DNA of 64,000 nucleotides from an uncultured delta proteobacterium (GTDB lineage Bacteria; Desulfobacterota; Binatia; UBA9968), in contig CAVUVW010000013.1 in the NCBI GenBank assembly GCA_963745035.1, positions 800,001 to 864,000 on the forward strand, given 5' to 3'. Shown one piece after another: positions 35,755 to 46,371 of this stretch. A program made the position numbers and the translations under genes. How positions within the stretch are numbered: position 1 is the first letter of the stretch; the number at the start of each line of letters is the position of its first letter. The notes beneath the pieces are model-generated. The model did no database searches and had not been told where the DNA came from. It saw only the letters and a list, made by a program, of their open reading frames with translations.

Positions 35755-35824
35755 TCACCACGAAGGTCACGAAGTTAAAAATTTACTATTGATCCTTTCG
35801 TGACCTTTGTGTGCTTCGTGGTGA
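35755..35824. repeat. Gene-less 9-mer-periodic inverted repeat (CACGAAG units)
   Basis: TCACCACGAAGGTCACGAAG...TTCGTGACCTTTGTGTGCTTCGTGGTGA in the cbbQ-cbbO spacer. Confidence 0.75.
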
Positions 35825-35833
35825 GTCCTGAAT

Positions 35834-36721
35834 TCACGGAAAGATCGCCGCGACGACTTCGTCCAGACTGCGCTGCACCTGCGGATCGTCGGTGATACCC
35901 CACGTCACCGCCACGTGGCACGCGCGGCGCGGCGAGACACCCTCCTTGATCAACCGGCCGGCGTAAATCAGCACGCGCGTGCTGGCGCCCTCCTTAAGGC
36001 CGTGTTCGCGCAGGTTGCGCACTTTGTGACCGAGCTTGGCAAGCTGGCGCGCGCTCGTTTCGTTCACGCCGGACTCGTGCGCGATGATCATCGCCTCGCG
36101 CTCCGGCTCGGGAAATTGGAACTCCAAGGCAACGAAGCGCTGGCGCGTGCTGTGTTTCAAGTCTTTCAAGGCATTCTGGTAGCCGGGATTGTAGGACACC
36201 ACAAGCAGAAAACTATCGGCGGCCTCGACGACTTCGCCGAGCTTGTCGATGGTCAGCAGACGCCGGTGGTCGGTCAGCGGATGAATAATCACCGTGGTGT
36301 CTTTGCGCGCTTCGACGATCTCATCGAGATAGCAGATGCCGCCGGTTTTCACCGCGCGGGTCAGTGGCCCGTCGATCCACTGCGTGCCGTTGGCGTCGAG
36401 CAGGTAGCGGCCCACCAAGTCACTGGCGGTCAAGTCTTCGTGACAGGCGACCGTGACCAGCGGCACTGCGCCGTTCGCATTGGAATTACTTGATCCCGTT
36501 TTTGCCTGATCTTTGACGACGGTCAGCGGCTGGCCGAGCTTCCACGCCATGTACTCGACGAAGCGGGTCTTGCCCGTGCCCGTGGGCCCCTTCAACAAAA
36601 CCGGAACCCGCTGCCGGTAGGCAGCCTCAAAAATCTGAATCTCGTCGAAGCTTGGAACGTAGAACGGCTCGTCGTCAATGACGTAATCTTCGATGCGATA
36701 TTGTTTGATCGGTGTATCCAT
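35834..36721 (-). CDS. CbbQ/NirQ/NorQ-family AAA+ ATPase
   Basis: EPFY, LLKGPTGTGKTRFVEYMAW, VACHEDLTASDLVGRYL, WIDGPLTRAV, CYLDEIVEARKDT, SYNPGYQ, KDLKHSTRQRF, EGASTR. Confidence 0.95.
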   Translation of the reverse strand: MDTPIKQYRIEDYVIDDEPFYVPSFDEIQIFEAAYRQRVPVLLKGPTGTGKTRFVEYMAWKLGQPLTVVKDQAKTGSSNSNANGAVPLVTVACHEDLTASDLVGRYLLDANGTQWIDGPLTRAVKTGGICYLDEIVEARKDTTVIIHPLTDHRRLLTIDKLGEVVEAADSFLLVVSYNPGYQNALKDLKHSTRQRFVALEFQFPEPEREAMIIAHESGVNETSARQLAKLGHKVRNLREHGLKEGASTRVLIYAGRLIKEGVSPRRACHVAVTWGITDDPQVQRSLDEVVAAIFP

Positions 36722-36736
36722 TGCTAATGAAGAAAT

Positions 36737-36828
36737 TTACCGCGAAGACCGCGAAGAAGACTCTCTCTATGTAGGGGCGGGTTTGAAACCCGCCCCTACG
36801 CCGTGTTCTTCGTGCGCTTTCGTGGTGA
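36737..36828. repeat. 9-mer-periodic inverted repeat with a nested GTAG-type REP
   Basis: TTACCGCGAAGACCGCGAAG...CTTCGTGCGCTTTCGTGGTGA arms enclose the palindrome GTAGGGGCGGGTTTGAAACCCGCCCCTAC (36771-36799). Confidence 0.75.
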
Positions 36829-36850
36829 GTAGGTCTTGCTTGAATTTGGT

Positions 36851-38527
36851 TTACGCCGGGCTCGTGCTGCGCGCCACTTTGCCGGGATACGCGCCGGTGT
36901 GCTCGCCTTTTTCGATCAACACTTGGCCGTTCACCACGGTCATATCGATTCCCTTAGCGAGTTGCTTGCGCCGGCGCGAGCCGCCGGGCAGGTCATAAGC
37001 TTCTCCGGGCTCCAGCGGCGCGATGGTCGCCGGATCGAACACCATCAGGTCCGCAGCCATGCCCTGCCGCACCAGGCCACGGTCGTACAAACCGAAGAGC
37101 GCTGCGGGAATGAACGTGAGCTTACGGATCGCGTCCTCCAGGGACATGATCTGTTTTTGCCGCACCCAATGCGACAAAAGATACGTCGAATAGCTATAGT
37201 CCGTGCGAAAAACCACGTGGGCGCCGCCGTCCGACTGGCCGATGATCGTGTACGGGCTCGTGAGCAATGCTTTCATCGCGGCTTCATCGCTGTTCACCTC
37301 GCGCCGCTCGAATTCCGTTTCGAGGTTTTCCTCCAGCACGAGGTCGAGCAATGTATCCAGGACATCCTTGTTTTGCTCCCGGGCGATCTCGGCGATGCTC
37401 TTTCCTTGTAAGCGTTCGTTCTGCGCCAGTGCCGGCTTGAATACGAACTGCAGATCCCAGCGCCGCGTAAAGTCGCCGGCGAGGTTGGGATTCATCGGCG
37501 TCTCGACGGCTTCTTTGCGCAGCTTGGCGCGCGTCGCCGGATCACGAAAAGCTTCCTTGCGCATTTCCAACGGCAGCAGCATGACGTTTTTCCACGTCGG
37601 CATGGCGTCGAAGTGCTGCGCGGTCTTGAGCGTGTAGCGCAGGTCGCCGGGCCGCGGCATGACGAACTGATAGGCGCGATGCCCCTGGCGCATCAGGCTC
37701 TCGGTTTCCTCGAGCTGCTTGCGCCACCGGTCGGGAGCCACCGCCGCCTGCGTGATATTGCCATAGAAAACGGGACACCGAGTTTTCTTCGCGACCTCCG
37801 TGCCGAGCTTGCGATCGCCGCCGAACTGAATCACCCCGCGTCCCACTTCATCGATCACGCCCGCCACGGCGAAAATCTCCGAATCTGCGGCGAGATTGGT
37901 CGGCGCCAGCCGTCCGTCCCAATCGAAATGGCGCGGGTTGCGCTCGAAGGACACGCCCACGGCGCCGGCTTCGACGCCTTCGCGCACGATCGCTTTCATC
38001 GCCGCTATCTCTTCCTCGGTCGCATGCCGTTCCTGCGATGCTTCGCCCATGACATAGCGCCGCACTGCGGAATGGCCGATCAGCGATGCGACGTTCAAGC
38101 CAAGCCGCTGATCCAGCGTGTCGAGATACTGCGGAATCGTTTCCCACGACCACTTGACCCCGGCTTGGATGGCTTCGAGTGGAATCGCTTCGACGTGCGA
38201 CAAAACTCCGGCGAGGTTGTCGCGGTCTTCCTTGTGCGCCGGCGCCAGCGCCAGCGAACAGTTGCCGATGACGACCGTGGTGACGCCGTGATAGCAGGAA
38301 TAGGTACAGAGCGGGTCCCAGGTCACCTGGGCATCGTAATGCGTGTGGTTGTCGATGATGCCCGGAGCGACCACCAACCCATCCGCATCGACGACCCGCC
38401 GCGCCTCCCCGCTCACCCGCCCGATTTCGACGATCTTACCGCCGCTCACAGCCACGTCGCCGTGAAATCCCGGCAACCCGGAACCGTCGATAACTTTTCC
38501 GTTTTTGATAATCAGATCATACGCCAT
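36851..38527 (-). CDS. N-acyl-D-amino-acid deacylase family amidohydrolase
   Basis: YDLIIKNGKVIDGSG, APGIIDNHTHYDAQ, HGVTTVVIGNC, SDGGAH, DRGLVRQGMAADLMVFDP, VVNGQV...TGAYPG. Confidence 0.9.
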   Translation of the reverse strand: MAYDLIIKNGKVIDGSGLPGFHGDVAVSGGKIVEIGRVSGEARRVVDADGLVVAPGIIDNHTHYDAQVTWDPLCTYSCYHGVTTVVIGNCSLALAPAHKEDRDNLAGVLSHVEAIPLEAIQAGVKWSWETIPQYLDTLDQRLGLNVASLIGHSAVRRYVMGEASQERHATEEEIAAMKAIVREGVEAGAVGVSFERNPRHFDWDGRLAPTNLAADSEIFAVAGVIDEVGRGVIQFGGDRKLGTEVAKKTRCPVFYGNITQAAVAPDRWRKQLEETESLMRQGHRAYQFVMPRPGDLRYTLKTAQHFDAMPTWKNVMLLPLEMRKEAFRDPATRAKLRKEAVETPMNPNLAGDFTRRWDLQFVFKPALAQNERLQGKSIAEIAREQNKDVLDTLLDLVLEENLETEFERREVNSDEAAMKALLTSPYTIIGQSDGGAHVVFRTDYSYSTYLLSHWVRQKQIMSLEDAIRKLTFIPAALFGLYDRGLVRQGMAADLMVFDPATIAPLEPGEAYDLPGGSRRRKQLAKGIDMTVVNGQVLIEKGEHTGAYPGKVARSTSPA

Positions 38528-38674
38528 CGCTCCTCCTGTATAGCCAGCAAGTTGCCGCCGATGTCATTATCTATCGATAACTATTTGTTGCGACGCTCGC
38601 TGTCAACATGAACTGTCCCTTCATGTTTTGCTCCGCTCATCGAAGTTTTGTTTTCGGTAGAGCGTCCCCAAACG

Positions 38675-39085
38675 CTAACTGCTCCGTTGCTTAGGGAACT
38701 GTTTTATAGAATGCAGATCCATCACCCAGTCGCGCGCCGATCGGCACCAGCCTTGTGACTTTGGCCGGAGCTCGGCTCGCTGCCGCGCCGTGCCGACGCG
38801 GATATTGAATATATGAGGGTCGGTGACGGCTGCCGAATAAATCGAAGTGCCGCACTCGGGGCAGAACGCTTGGGCGCGCTTGGTGCCGCTTTCTGCGGTC
38901 TTTATGTAAATCTTTGGTTGACCGCCGCTTAAAGTGAACGCTTCTTTGGCAGCGGGAACGCTCATACGAAAGGCGGACCCGGAAAGAGTTTGACAATCCG
39001 TGCAATGGCATATCCCGGCTTTGTCGGGATCGATTTCCGCCTCGTAGGTAATATTCCCGCAATGGCATGCCCCGTCGATTTTCAT
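38675..39085 (-). CDS. GFA (Mss4-like zinc) family protein
   Basis: GACHCG...CHCTDCQ...FCPECGT. Confidence 0.9.
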   Translation of the reverse strand: MKIDGACHCGNITYEAEIDPDKAGICHCTDCQTLSGSAFRMSVPAAKEAFTLSGGQPKIYIKTAESGTKRAQAFCPECGTSIYSAAVTDPHIFNIRVGTARQRAELRPKSQGWCRSARDWVMDLHSIKQFPKQRSS

Positions 39086-39136
39086 AAACAGCCTCCGTTC
39101 ACGTTTTCAGTCGAAGTGATCTCCGCTTTTTTCGTC

Positions 39137-39808
39137 TCAATGGCCGTGCGGGTGGATGCCGGTGAGGTGTAGGACGGCAAACAGCAGGACCAAGCCGATG
39201 GCGTGAAGTCCCACCACGTACAACCAGCGGGGCGCAATGGTGGCGGATCCAAGGATGGGCCGCACGCCGCTGTCCGGATACACCAGGTCAGTTTGCGCCA
39301 CTGTACGCCGTTCGTTCTGCTTACGCCGCCCGTACGGCGTCATTCCCCACGGCTTGTAAATCGACAAGATCGTAATAGCGAGCAACACCAGCAGGCCACC
39401 CACGGCGTGGACGACGAGTTGAATCTGGAGCGCGCGGAAATCGCCGCTGGACAATGCCGTCTCTGCCGCTATTTCTGCCATGCGGCTCACTGCCGGCATG
39501 TGGCGCAGCAACACGACGGTGGCAACGGCGGTCAGCAGGAACTTCGCCAGGATCCAATAGTATCGGAGCAAACCCCACGCTGTGCCCAGCGACTGGACAA
39601 GGCCTGTCATCAGCGCGGCGAGGCTAAGTGGGACGATGACGAGCCAGCCGATCAATTCCAGCGAGAGATAGACGGCGCGTGCCAGCGAAACATCGCGTGT
39701 CATCAGGCCAACGATCGCGAGAGCCAGATAGGCAACGACCGCGCCGAGCCAACCGACCGAGAAAGTGACATGCGCGGTAAGCGCGAACTTGCGAAAAGGG
39801 GGTGTCAT
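39137..39808 (-). CDS. DUF2269-like integral membrane protein
   Basis: RKFALTAHVTFSVGWLG, TGLVQSLGTAWGLLRYYWILAK, LSIYKPWGMT; five hydrophobic helices. Confidence 0.75.
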   Translation of the reverse strand: MTPPFRKFALTAHVTFSVGWLGAVVAYLALAIVGLMTRDVSLARAVYLSLELIGWLVIVPLSLAALMTGLVQSLGTAWGLLRYYWILAKFLLTAVATVVLLRHMPAVSRMAEIAAETALSSGDFRALQIQLVVHAVGGLLVLLAITILSIYKPWGMTPYGRRKQNERRTVAQTDLVYPDSGVRPILGSATIAPRWLYVVGLHAIGLVLLFAVLHLTGIHPHGH

Positions 39809-39974
39809 AAGTTGGCTCTCCTGCGGATCTTACAATCATCGCATCGAAAAATGAAAATTCATAGCATTCGGCGCCCTCGAGATCCTGTCGTGGCTCTCAA
39901 CGATAACGGTCCGATGAACTTCTCTCTGAACTTCCTCTGCCACGCCAAGCCGCCCGCTTTCTTTCTATTGCCTG

Positions 39975-40619
39975 CTAAGTATCTCGCGCAAACGCTCGCC
40001 GCAGCACCCAATGGGTCGCTATGTAAAACCCGACGATGTTGATCGCCATCACCGACAGCAGCCAGAGCCAAGGCGCCATCATCGTTTGCGGATGCGTGTC
40101 CGTGAAGCCGTAGACGTAATTAATATTCACCGCGCGGTTCGGATCGATGGGGGAAGGCGGCGGCGCCGGAGCAAAGAGATAGGACACGAGCAAGACGGCG
40201 ATCGCAACCACGGACTGGAGCGCGAGCGCCCGCCGGTCATATCCCAGGCGCGACAGCAGCCAGAGCAGGAAGAACGGCAACCAGCCGTGAAACAGCGAAA
40301 GGCTCCGTAGGTAGAGCGGAATGCTTGGCTCGAGCATATACGCAGTCACGCCGGTAATTTCGACACCGGCGACAACCCGCGCCAACAGATCGAGCACCCA
40401 AAGCATTTGCGGCGCCACGATCGCCACTGCCTGCATGCTGATGAGCAACGGACTTTCGATCCAGAGCGCCGCGGCCGTCACGAGCAGGGCAATATCGCAG
40501 AAGTAGAGGAAGTTCCACGGCCCATAGGTCATCCAATAGAACGGCACGAGCACGGCGACGAAGGCAGTGTAGAGGAGCTTGGTCCAGAGGGGAACCCGCG
40601 CGTGAGTCGAAGTGGTCAT
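39975..40619 (-). CDS. Conserved integral membrane protein of unknown function
   Basis: YWMTYGPWNFLYFCD, LSLFHGWLP, NINYVYG; several TM helices. Confidence 0.75.
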   Translation of the reverse strand: MTTSTHARVPLWTKLLYTAFVAVLVPFYWMTYGPWNFLYFCDIALLVTAAALWIESPLLISMQAVAIVAPQMLWVLDLLARVVAGVEITGVTAYMLEPSIPLYLRSLSLFHGWLPFFLLWLLSRLGYDRRALALQSVVAIAVLLVSYLFAPAPPPSPIDPNRAVNINYVYGFTDTHPQTMMAPWLWLLSVMAINIVGFYIATHWVLRRAFARDT

Positions 40620-40967
40620 GATTGCATCGATCCAGGCTATTCAACCGTCATCCACAACGGCTATTTCCCTTCGCTCCGATGAAGATCTCGATCCCCCGAG
40701 CCATCCCGACCAAAGTCGAGACGCGCCGGCAGCGGCATTCGCGAAAAGCCGGGGGGCGTAGCGGCGCCGGCGTAAAAGTTTTAGCATGATTACAGAGCAA
40801 CAAGAGCGACCCGGCTGGAAAGATTCCAGCGCCGCTAAAAAATATATCTTGTGCATGTCCCGCAAACCATCAGACTCCGCACCTCGCCACTTCCGCTCCC
40901 CGCATGTCGAGAACGGCAATGGCTCGTACCGGCGATTTTCAACCAGGCATTCAACAGGAGTTTTTCC

Positions 40968-42225
40968 ATGGGCGTTCGTTTCGTTGTGTCGATGCTAGCC
41001 GCACTGAGTCTCTGGAGCTGGCTCGATGCAAGCGGCGGAGTATCAATATCCCTATCGCGATCCCTACCTGGCGACCGCGACCACCGCGATCTTGAGCGCC
41101 GACTACGCCGCGCCGCGCGCGGACTCGATGATCGTCCACGTGCCGGGGCTTCCCGGCAGAGATAATTTGTCTACTCTCGAAGGACGCGGCAACGTGAGCC
41201 TCGCGCTTTATCGCCAAAGCCGCGCGGCGCCGTTGCTGTTCATCCTCGCCGGTCTCGGCTCCACTCCCCACTTCGGCGTCGGCACATACTTGGCGAGCCT
41301 GTTCTACCGAGAAGGTTTTCATGTGGTCATTTTGCCGTCGCCGATGAGTTGGAATTTTGCGTTGGCCGCGAGCCGCAGCGGCGTGCCCGGCTTCCCGCCC
41401 GAAGACGCCCGTGATTTATATGCGGTCATGCAGACAACTTTGACGGAGTTGCGCTCACGCCACGGCCTCCAAACGACTTCGATCCATTTTATGGGCGTAA
41501 GTCTGGGCGCCCTCGAGGGCGCCTACCTCAGCGTCATCGATGCCGACGAGCGCAAGCTCGGCATCGAAAAGTTTCTTCTCGTCAACCCGCCCCTCGATCT
41601 CGCTTACGCGGTGAGAAGAATCGACGAGTGGGGCGCGTTGGGAAAAAAATTCGGTTTGGAAAAATCCCAGCAGATCGTCGCGAAAGCGCTCGGCATCGTC
41701 GAGTCCTTCGCCGATGTGAGCGACGATCCGGCGGTCTTTCATCGATTGGCCAAAAAGTTTGCCGGATTCACGACCGAGGAAATTCAATTTCTGATCGCCG
41801 TGAATCTGCAAAGCCAACTTCCCGAGCTCGTCTACATCACCCAGGTCATTCACGATCAGAACCTTTTTACCGCCCCTAAAGACGAACTGCGCAAACGTCT
41901 GGAGGAAGCCAAGCGCTTCACGTTCACGGATTATGATCGGAAGATCGCCCTATCCCGGTGGCGCAAGCACCTCGGCGATCCCCAAGCCGATCCGGATACT
42001 TTCATTCGGCGCGGTTCCCTCTCCAACATAGTCGACCGACTGCGCGACAACCCCAAGGTGCACGTCCTGCACAACGCCGATGATTTCCTCGCCGAGCGCA
42101 AAGCCATCGAAGCGCTCAAAGACAACTTGGGCAATCGAATGACTCTCTACCCTCACGGCGGCCACCTCGGCAACCTCTGGTATCCGGAGAATAAAAACTA
42201 CATCCTGAAATTCTTTCGCCGTTGA
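40968..42225 (+). CDS. Secreted alpha/beta-hydrolase-fold protein (frameshift near 41030)
   Basis: AGGAG RBS, ATG 40968 and signal peptide MGVRFVVSMLAALSLWSW, continuing one frame over as AEYQYPYRDPYLAT; GVSLG nucleophile, HNADD, GGHLGN. Confidence 0.8.
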
Positions 42226-42290
42226 GTTAAGGGCAACGTTTTGAACGGAACGTGGCGAGTGAATTATTTGAACGCTTGGGATGTTTTTTG

Positions 42291-43514
42291 CTATTGCCTG
42301 TATTCGATCACATCCAGCCCGCGCTCCTTGTCGGTCACCCACAACAAACCGCGGTCGTCTTTGAAAACGTCGTTGGTCAGCGGCGCCGCCACCCCGTCGC
42401 CCGGTTTTGGAATGAAGTAGCCGCACTCTTTGGGCTGCGCCGGATCGCTGATGTCGATAATGCGCAGTCCGCCGGCGAACCACGTAACGTAAAGTAGATT
42501 GTCCTCGTCGATTTTCTCGCGCAGTTGGTGCGTGCCGAAACGGACCTTGTTCGCGGGATAAGGCGTCGCGCTCTCCGGCAGGAAATAGGAATGGAGCAGC
42601 TGCGGCTTTTTCGGATCGGTCACGTCCCAGGTGCGCAGCGGCGCGTGCGGCTTGCCGGTGTCGGCGCCGCGCTGCGAGCGCTCTTCCTCGGTCGATACCG
42701 CGATCTGCCTGCCGCCGATCGGATGCGGCGCCTTAAGAAAGGTGTGGGTGGGCTCGGGACAGGGCGGGTCGTACTCGTAGCGCGACAAGGTGCGCGGTGC
42801 GCGGATGTCGCTCACGTCGATGATCGAGATACCCGACATCCAGCAGCCGGCGTACATTTCGGCGCCGCAGCGCATCGCGTGGTGCAGGCGATGCTCGGCG
42901 CGCTTGGGATGCGGCGCGGCGCCGCCCGCCACGTTCTGCTGCTCCATCGACCAGCGCGAAACCTCCACGGGTTTCGCTGGATTGCGGATATCGTAGATAA
43001 CCAGAATGTTGCCGACGAAGCCCTCCGCCTCGGTCGAGATATAGGCGTAGTTCTCGTCGACGTCAAAGCGATGGACGCCCTTGCCGTGGGTCTTTACGAA
43101 AGTCATGAGCTTGGGCCTGGTCCGGTCTTTGACGTCGTAGATGCGGAAGCCGCCGTCGGGATATTCCTCGCGCCGGCCGTGGCCGCGCTCGAACTCCGAA
43201 TTGACGAACAAAAGATCGCCAACGATCCGCGCCTTGTGCGAATGCGACGACGGGTGGCCGGGCTCGATCGTGCTGATCACCTTCGGCTTGCGCGGATCGG
43301 CAACGTCGAGGATCGTTGTTCCCTGCGGCCGGTGTTGATGTCCGATGTAGGCGTAGTTGCCGTCGATGACGATCTGCCCTCCTCCGGCAAGCTCCATCCT
43401 GCAGAGATGGCGAATGTTCGACGAACCGCGCGGTGCCGTGCCGCTAACGCTCTCAATGCCAGGCAAAACTCCACTCATATCGCCCTCCCGATTTGTTCTT
43501 TCGTTGAAATCCAA
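42291..43514 (-). CDS. LVIVD-repeat beta-propeller protein
   Basis: Repeated ILDVADP, IYDVKD, IYDIRNP, IIDVSD, TWDVTDP, IIDISDP segments; His-rich loops. Start may be the downstream ATG (MSGVLP). Confidence 0.85.
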   Translation of the reverse strand: MDFNERTNREGDMSGVLPGIESVSGTAPRGSSNIRHLCRMELAGGGQIVIDGNYAYIGHQHRPQGTTILDVADPRKPKVISTIEPGHPSSHSHKARIVGDLLFVNSEFERGHGRREEYPDGGFRIYDVKDRTRPKLMTFVKTHGKGVHRFDVDENYAYISTEAEGFVGNILVIYDIRNPAKPVEVSRWSMEQQNVAGGAAPHPKRAEHRLHHAMRCGAEMYAGCWMSGISIIDVSDIRAPRTLSRYEYDPPCPEPTHTFLKAPHPIGGRQIAVSTEEERSQRGADTGKPHAPLRTWDVTDPKKPQLLHSYFLPESATPYPANKVRFGTHQLREKIDEDNLLYVTWFAGGLRIIDISDPAQPKECGYFIPKPGDGVAAPLTNDVFKDDRGLLWVTDKERGLDVIEYRQ

Positions 43515-43536
43515 AGCTCTTCGATCTAAGGCCGGC

Positions 43537-43935
43537 TTAGTTTCTCTCGCGCGGATACTGCGGGAGCCGGTCGTTCAAAGCAATCCAGGAAAGGCGGTTT
43601 TCCGTCCAGGTATGATCCTCCGGCTTGAGCACTTCCGGATCATCCATACTGCCCAAGGTCACGTCGATCGACCCGGGCACATCAGCGCGCTGGTAGGTCA
43701 GCGCAGTCCCACACGTCGCGCAGAAAGCGCGGAGAACGTCGGGCGATGACGCGTGGGATGCCGGCTGACCCTGGGTGAATGCGAATTTGTCGCGGTCGAA
43801 TCCCGCCCAGGTGACGAAGGGCGCGCCGCTCGCGCGCCGGCACGTCCGGCAGTGGCAATGGGTGATCCCGTACGCCGAGCCTGACGCGCGGTAACGGATC
43901 GCGCCGCAAAGACAGCCTCCTTCGATCGCGTCCAT
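43537..43935 (-). CDS. GFA family protein
   Basis: GGCLCG...HCHCRTCR...FCATCGT; AGGAG RBS. Confidence 0.9.
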   Translation of the reverse strand: MDAIEGGCLCGAIRYRASGSAYGITHCHCRTCRRASGAPFVTWAGFDRDKFAFTQGQPASHASSPDVLRAFCATCGTALTYQRADVPGSIDVTLGSMDDPEVLKPEDHTWTENRLSWIALNDRLPQYPRERN

Positions 43936-44014
43936 GGACTTCTCCTTTAGTTGAAATCCCGTCGGGCGTCCTGAGTCGAAGGACTCCGAGAACGTCTTTC
44001 AGCACCCTAAGCGT

Positions 44015-46102
44015 CTAGTTGGTGCGAGCAATGCCGAGCTTTTTCATTTTCGACTGCAGCGTGGTGCGCTTCATGCCGAGCTTGATGGCGGCGCCGTCCG
44101 GACCGCCGATAATCCAATTGGTCTCGCTGAGGGCGCGCATGATGTGCTCGCGCTCCGCGTATTCGAGAGTGCCGACGCCGTCTCCGCCGATGATCGCGGC
44201 AGGCTTGCTGCGCGCCTTGAGCTCGACCAAAGGAAGCTGCAGCTCGGCGCCGCGCGACAGGATCACCGCGCGCTCGATGAAATTTTCCAGTTCGCGCACG
44301 TTGCCCGGCCACGAGTAGTCCGTTAGCGCGGCCATTGCCTTGGCCGGAATCCGGTCGATCGGCCGCTTCATGCGGCGCGCGTACTTCTGCGTGAAATAGC
44401 GAACCAGCAACGGAATATCCTCCCGCCGCTGGCGCAAAGGCGGAATCACGATGGGAAACACGTTGAGCCGGTAATACAGGTCCGTGCGGAATTGGTTGTC
44501 CGCCACCTTCTGGACGAGATCCGAGTTGGTAGCGGCCACCAGGCGCACGTCGACGCGAATCGTGCGCGCGCTGCCGAGACGCTCGAACTCCTGTTCCTGA
44601 AGGACGCGCAGCAGCTTGGGCTGGAGCTCGAGCGGAATGTCGCCGACCTCGTCGAGAAACAGTGTGCCGCGATGCGCCAGCTCGAACCGGCCGACCCGTT
44701 GCCCGATAGCGCCGGTGAATGCGCCCTTCTCATGGCCGAAGAGCTCGCTTTCCAGCAGTCCGGTGGGAATCGCCGCGCAGTTGACTTTGACCAGCGTCCG
44801 CTCGCGCCGGCCGCTCAGGTTGTGAATGGCGCGCGCGATGAGCTCCTTGCCCGTGCCGGTCTCGCCCAGAATGAGAATCGTCGAGTCCGTCGGCGCCACG
44901 GTTTCGAGCTGCCGCAGGATTTCCCTGAGCACCGCGCTTTCGCCGATGATCTCCTCGAAGTTGTATTCAGTGCGAATCTCGTCCTGGAGATAGAGCTTTT
45001 CCTCGCTCAGTTTGTTGGCGCGGTCGACCACCTTGCGGAAAGCGAGCGAGTTCTCCACGGCGATGGCGATCTGGTTGGCGATATGCTGCAGCAGCTCGGC
45101 GTCTTTCTCCGGGAAGTTCTCATCGGTCTTGCTCGCGACGACCAGCGTGCCCAGCGGCCGGCCATGAGAAATCAAAGGCAGGCAATAAGCGGACTTGAGC
45201 CCCTCGGCTAAAATGCGCCGGGCGATATCGGAACCGAACTGCTCGACATCGGCGGCAGTGATGAGAACCGGCTGGCGCGTTTCGATGGCTCGGCCGGTGG
45301 GCGACCCTGCAACCGGAATCACCAGCCCTTCTTGGAGCAATCCCTTGCTCACCGGGAAATCGAGAGCGTGAATCTGCAAGGTGCGGGTTTCCGCGTCGTA
45401 GAGCGAAAGACTCGCATACTCGTGGGCGACCAGGCGGCGCAACGATCGCGACACCGCGTTCAGCAGCTCGTGCAAGTCGAGCACCGAGACCACGGCGTTG
45501 TTGACCTCGAGTAAAATACTCAAGCGGTCGCGCTCCGCCTTGAGCTGCTCCTGCACCGACTGCGCCTGCTCGAAGTGGAGCGCGTTGTCCACTGCCACGG
45601 CGACCAGGCGCGCCACCTGTTGCAGGAAGGTCACGTCCGTTTCCGAGTAGGCGTCGCGGTTCCTGCTGCCAAAGGCCATGGCGCCGAGATTTCTGAGCGC
45701 CGTCGAAGCAGGGATGACGCAGAGCGACTCGACCCCGCGATCGCAGAGCCAACGGGAGAGATCCGGGAATTGGGTATCGGCGGCGAGATGGGACACGACC
45801 CAAGGCTGCTGCGTCTCATAAACCCAACCGCCGGGAGTCTCCATCGGACATTCGCCGGCGGGGCAAGCATAGGACGGATCGGGCGTCTCCAGGACATGAG
45901 ACTTCATCACATTACGAGAGGGATCGTAAAGAATCAGATTAGCAAAATCGAACTGCACGACGCTGTGCAACCGGCGCGCCAGCTCGGCGAACAGCCGGTC
46001 GAGCTCGCGGTGCGACGCAATCGCCTCGGAAATCGCCAGCAGCGCCTCGTAGCGGCCGTGCAGAGGAGCGAGTGCTTGCAAATTCATGTCGTTGTCCTTC
46101 AA
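44015..46102 (-). CDS. FhlA-like GAF-GAF sigma-54 enhancer-binding protein
   Basis: Two GAF domains; [57 protein letters not shown]; [24 protein letters not shown]. Confidence 0.93.
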   Translation of the reverse strand: MKDNDMNLQALAPLHGRYEALLAISEAIASHRELDRLFAELARRLHSVVQFDFANLILYDPSRNVMKSHVLETPDPSYACPAGECPMETPGGWVYETQQPWVVSHLAADTQFPDLSRWLCDRGVESLCVIPASTALRNLGAMAFGSRNRDAYSETDVTFLQQVARLVAVAVDNALHFEQAQSVQEQLKAERDRLSILLEVNNAVVSVLDLHELLNAVSRSLRRLVAHEYASLSLYDAETRTLQIHALDFPVSKGLLQEGLVIPVAGSPTGRAIETRQPVLITAADVEQFGSDIARRILAEGLKSAYCLPLISHGRPLGTLVVASKTDENFPEKDAELLQHIANQIAIAVENSLAFRKVVDRANKLSEEKLYLQDEIRTEYNFEEIIGESAVLREILRQLETVAPTDSTILILGETGTGKELIARAIHNLSGRRERTLVKVNCAAIPTGLLESELFGHEKGAFTGAIGQRVGRFELAHRGTLFLDEVGDIPLELQPKLLRVLQEQEFERLGSARTIRVDVRLVAATNSDLVQKVADNQFRTDLYYRLNVFPIVIPPLRQRREDIPLLVRYFTQKYARRMKRPIDRIPAKAMAALTDYSWPGNVRELENFIERAVILSRGAELQLPLVELKARSKPAAIIGGDGVGTLEYAEREHIMRALSETNWIIGGPDGAAIKLGMKRTTLQSKMKKLGIARTN

Positions 46103-46371
46103 GCACCCAAAATATCCGGCAGGTCGCGGCGGATCAAGTGGGAAAATTCATCGGATCGTAACCGGCGGATGAAAAAAAATCTGGATCTTGTAACGCCCTA
46201 GTTGTACCATCCGAACTGCGACTTTGCTAATCCGTTTTCGCATCTCGATCTAACAACATTTGGTTCGGTATGGGGCCCTTGTTAATTATTCGCCCGGTGG
46301 ACGGACAGATTTAACGATCTTTCTTTCCCGCAGCCCGCCTCCATTTTTCGCAAGCGTCGCAGGCCGGTATT

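Noticed and set aside
33511-36721. Evidence for carbon fixation or denitrification
   Set aside because: No rbcL, rbcS or norCB in the window; CbbQ/CbbO homology alone is not enough.
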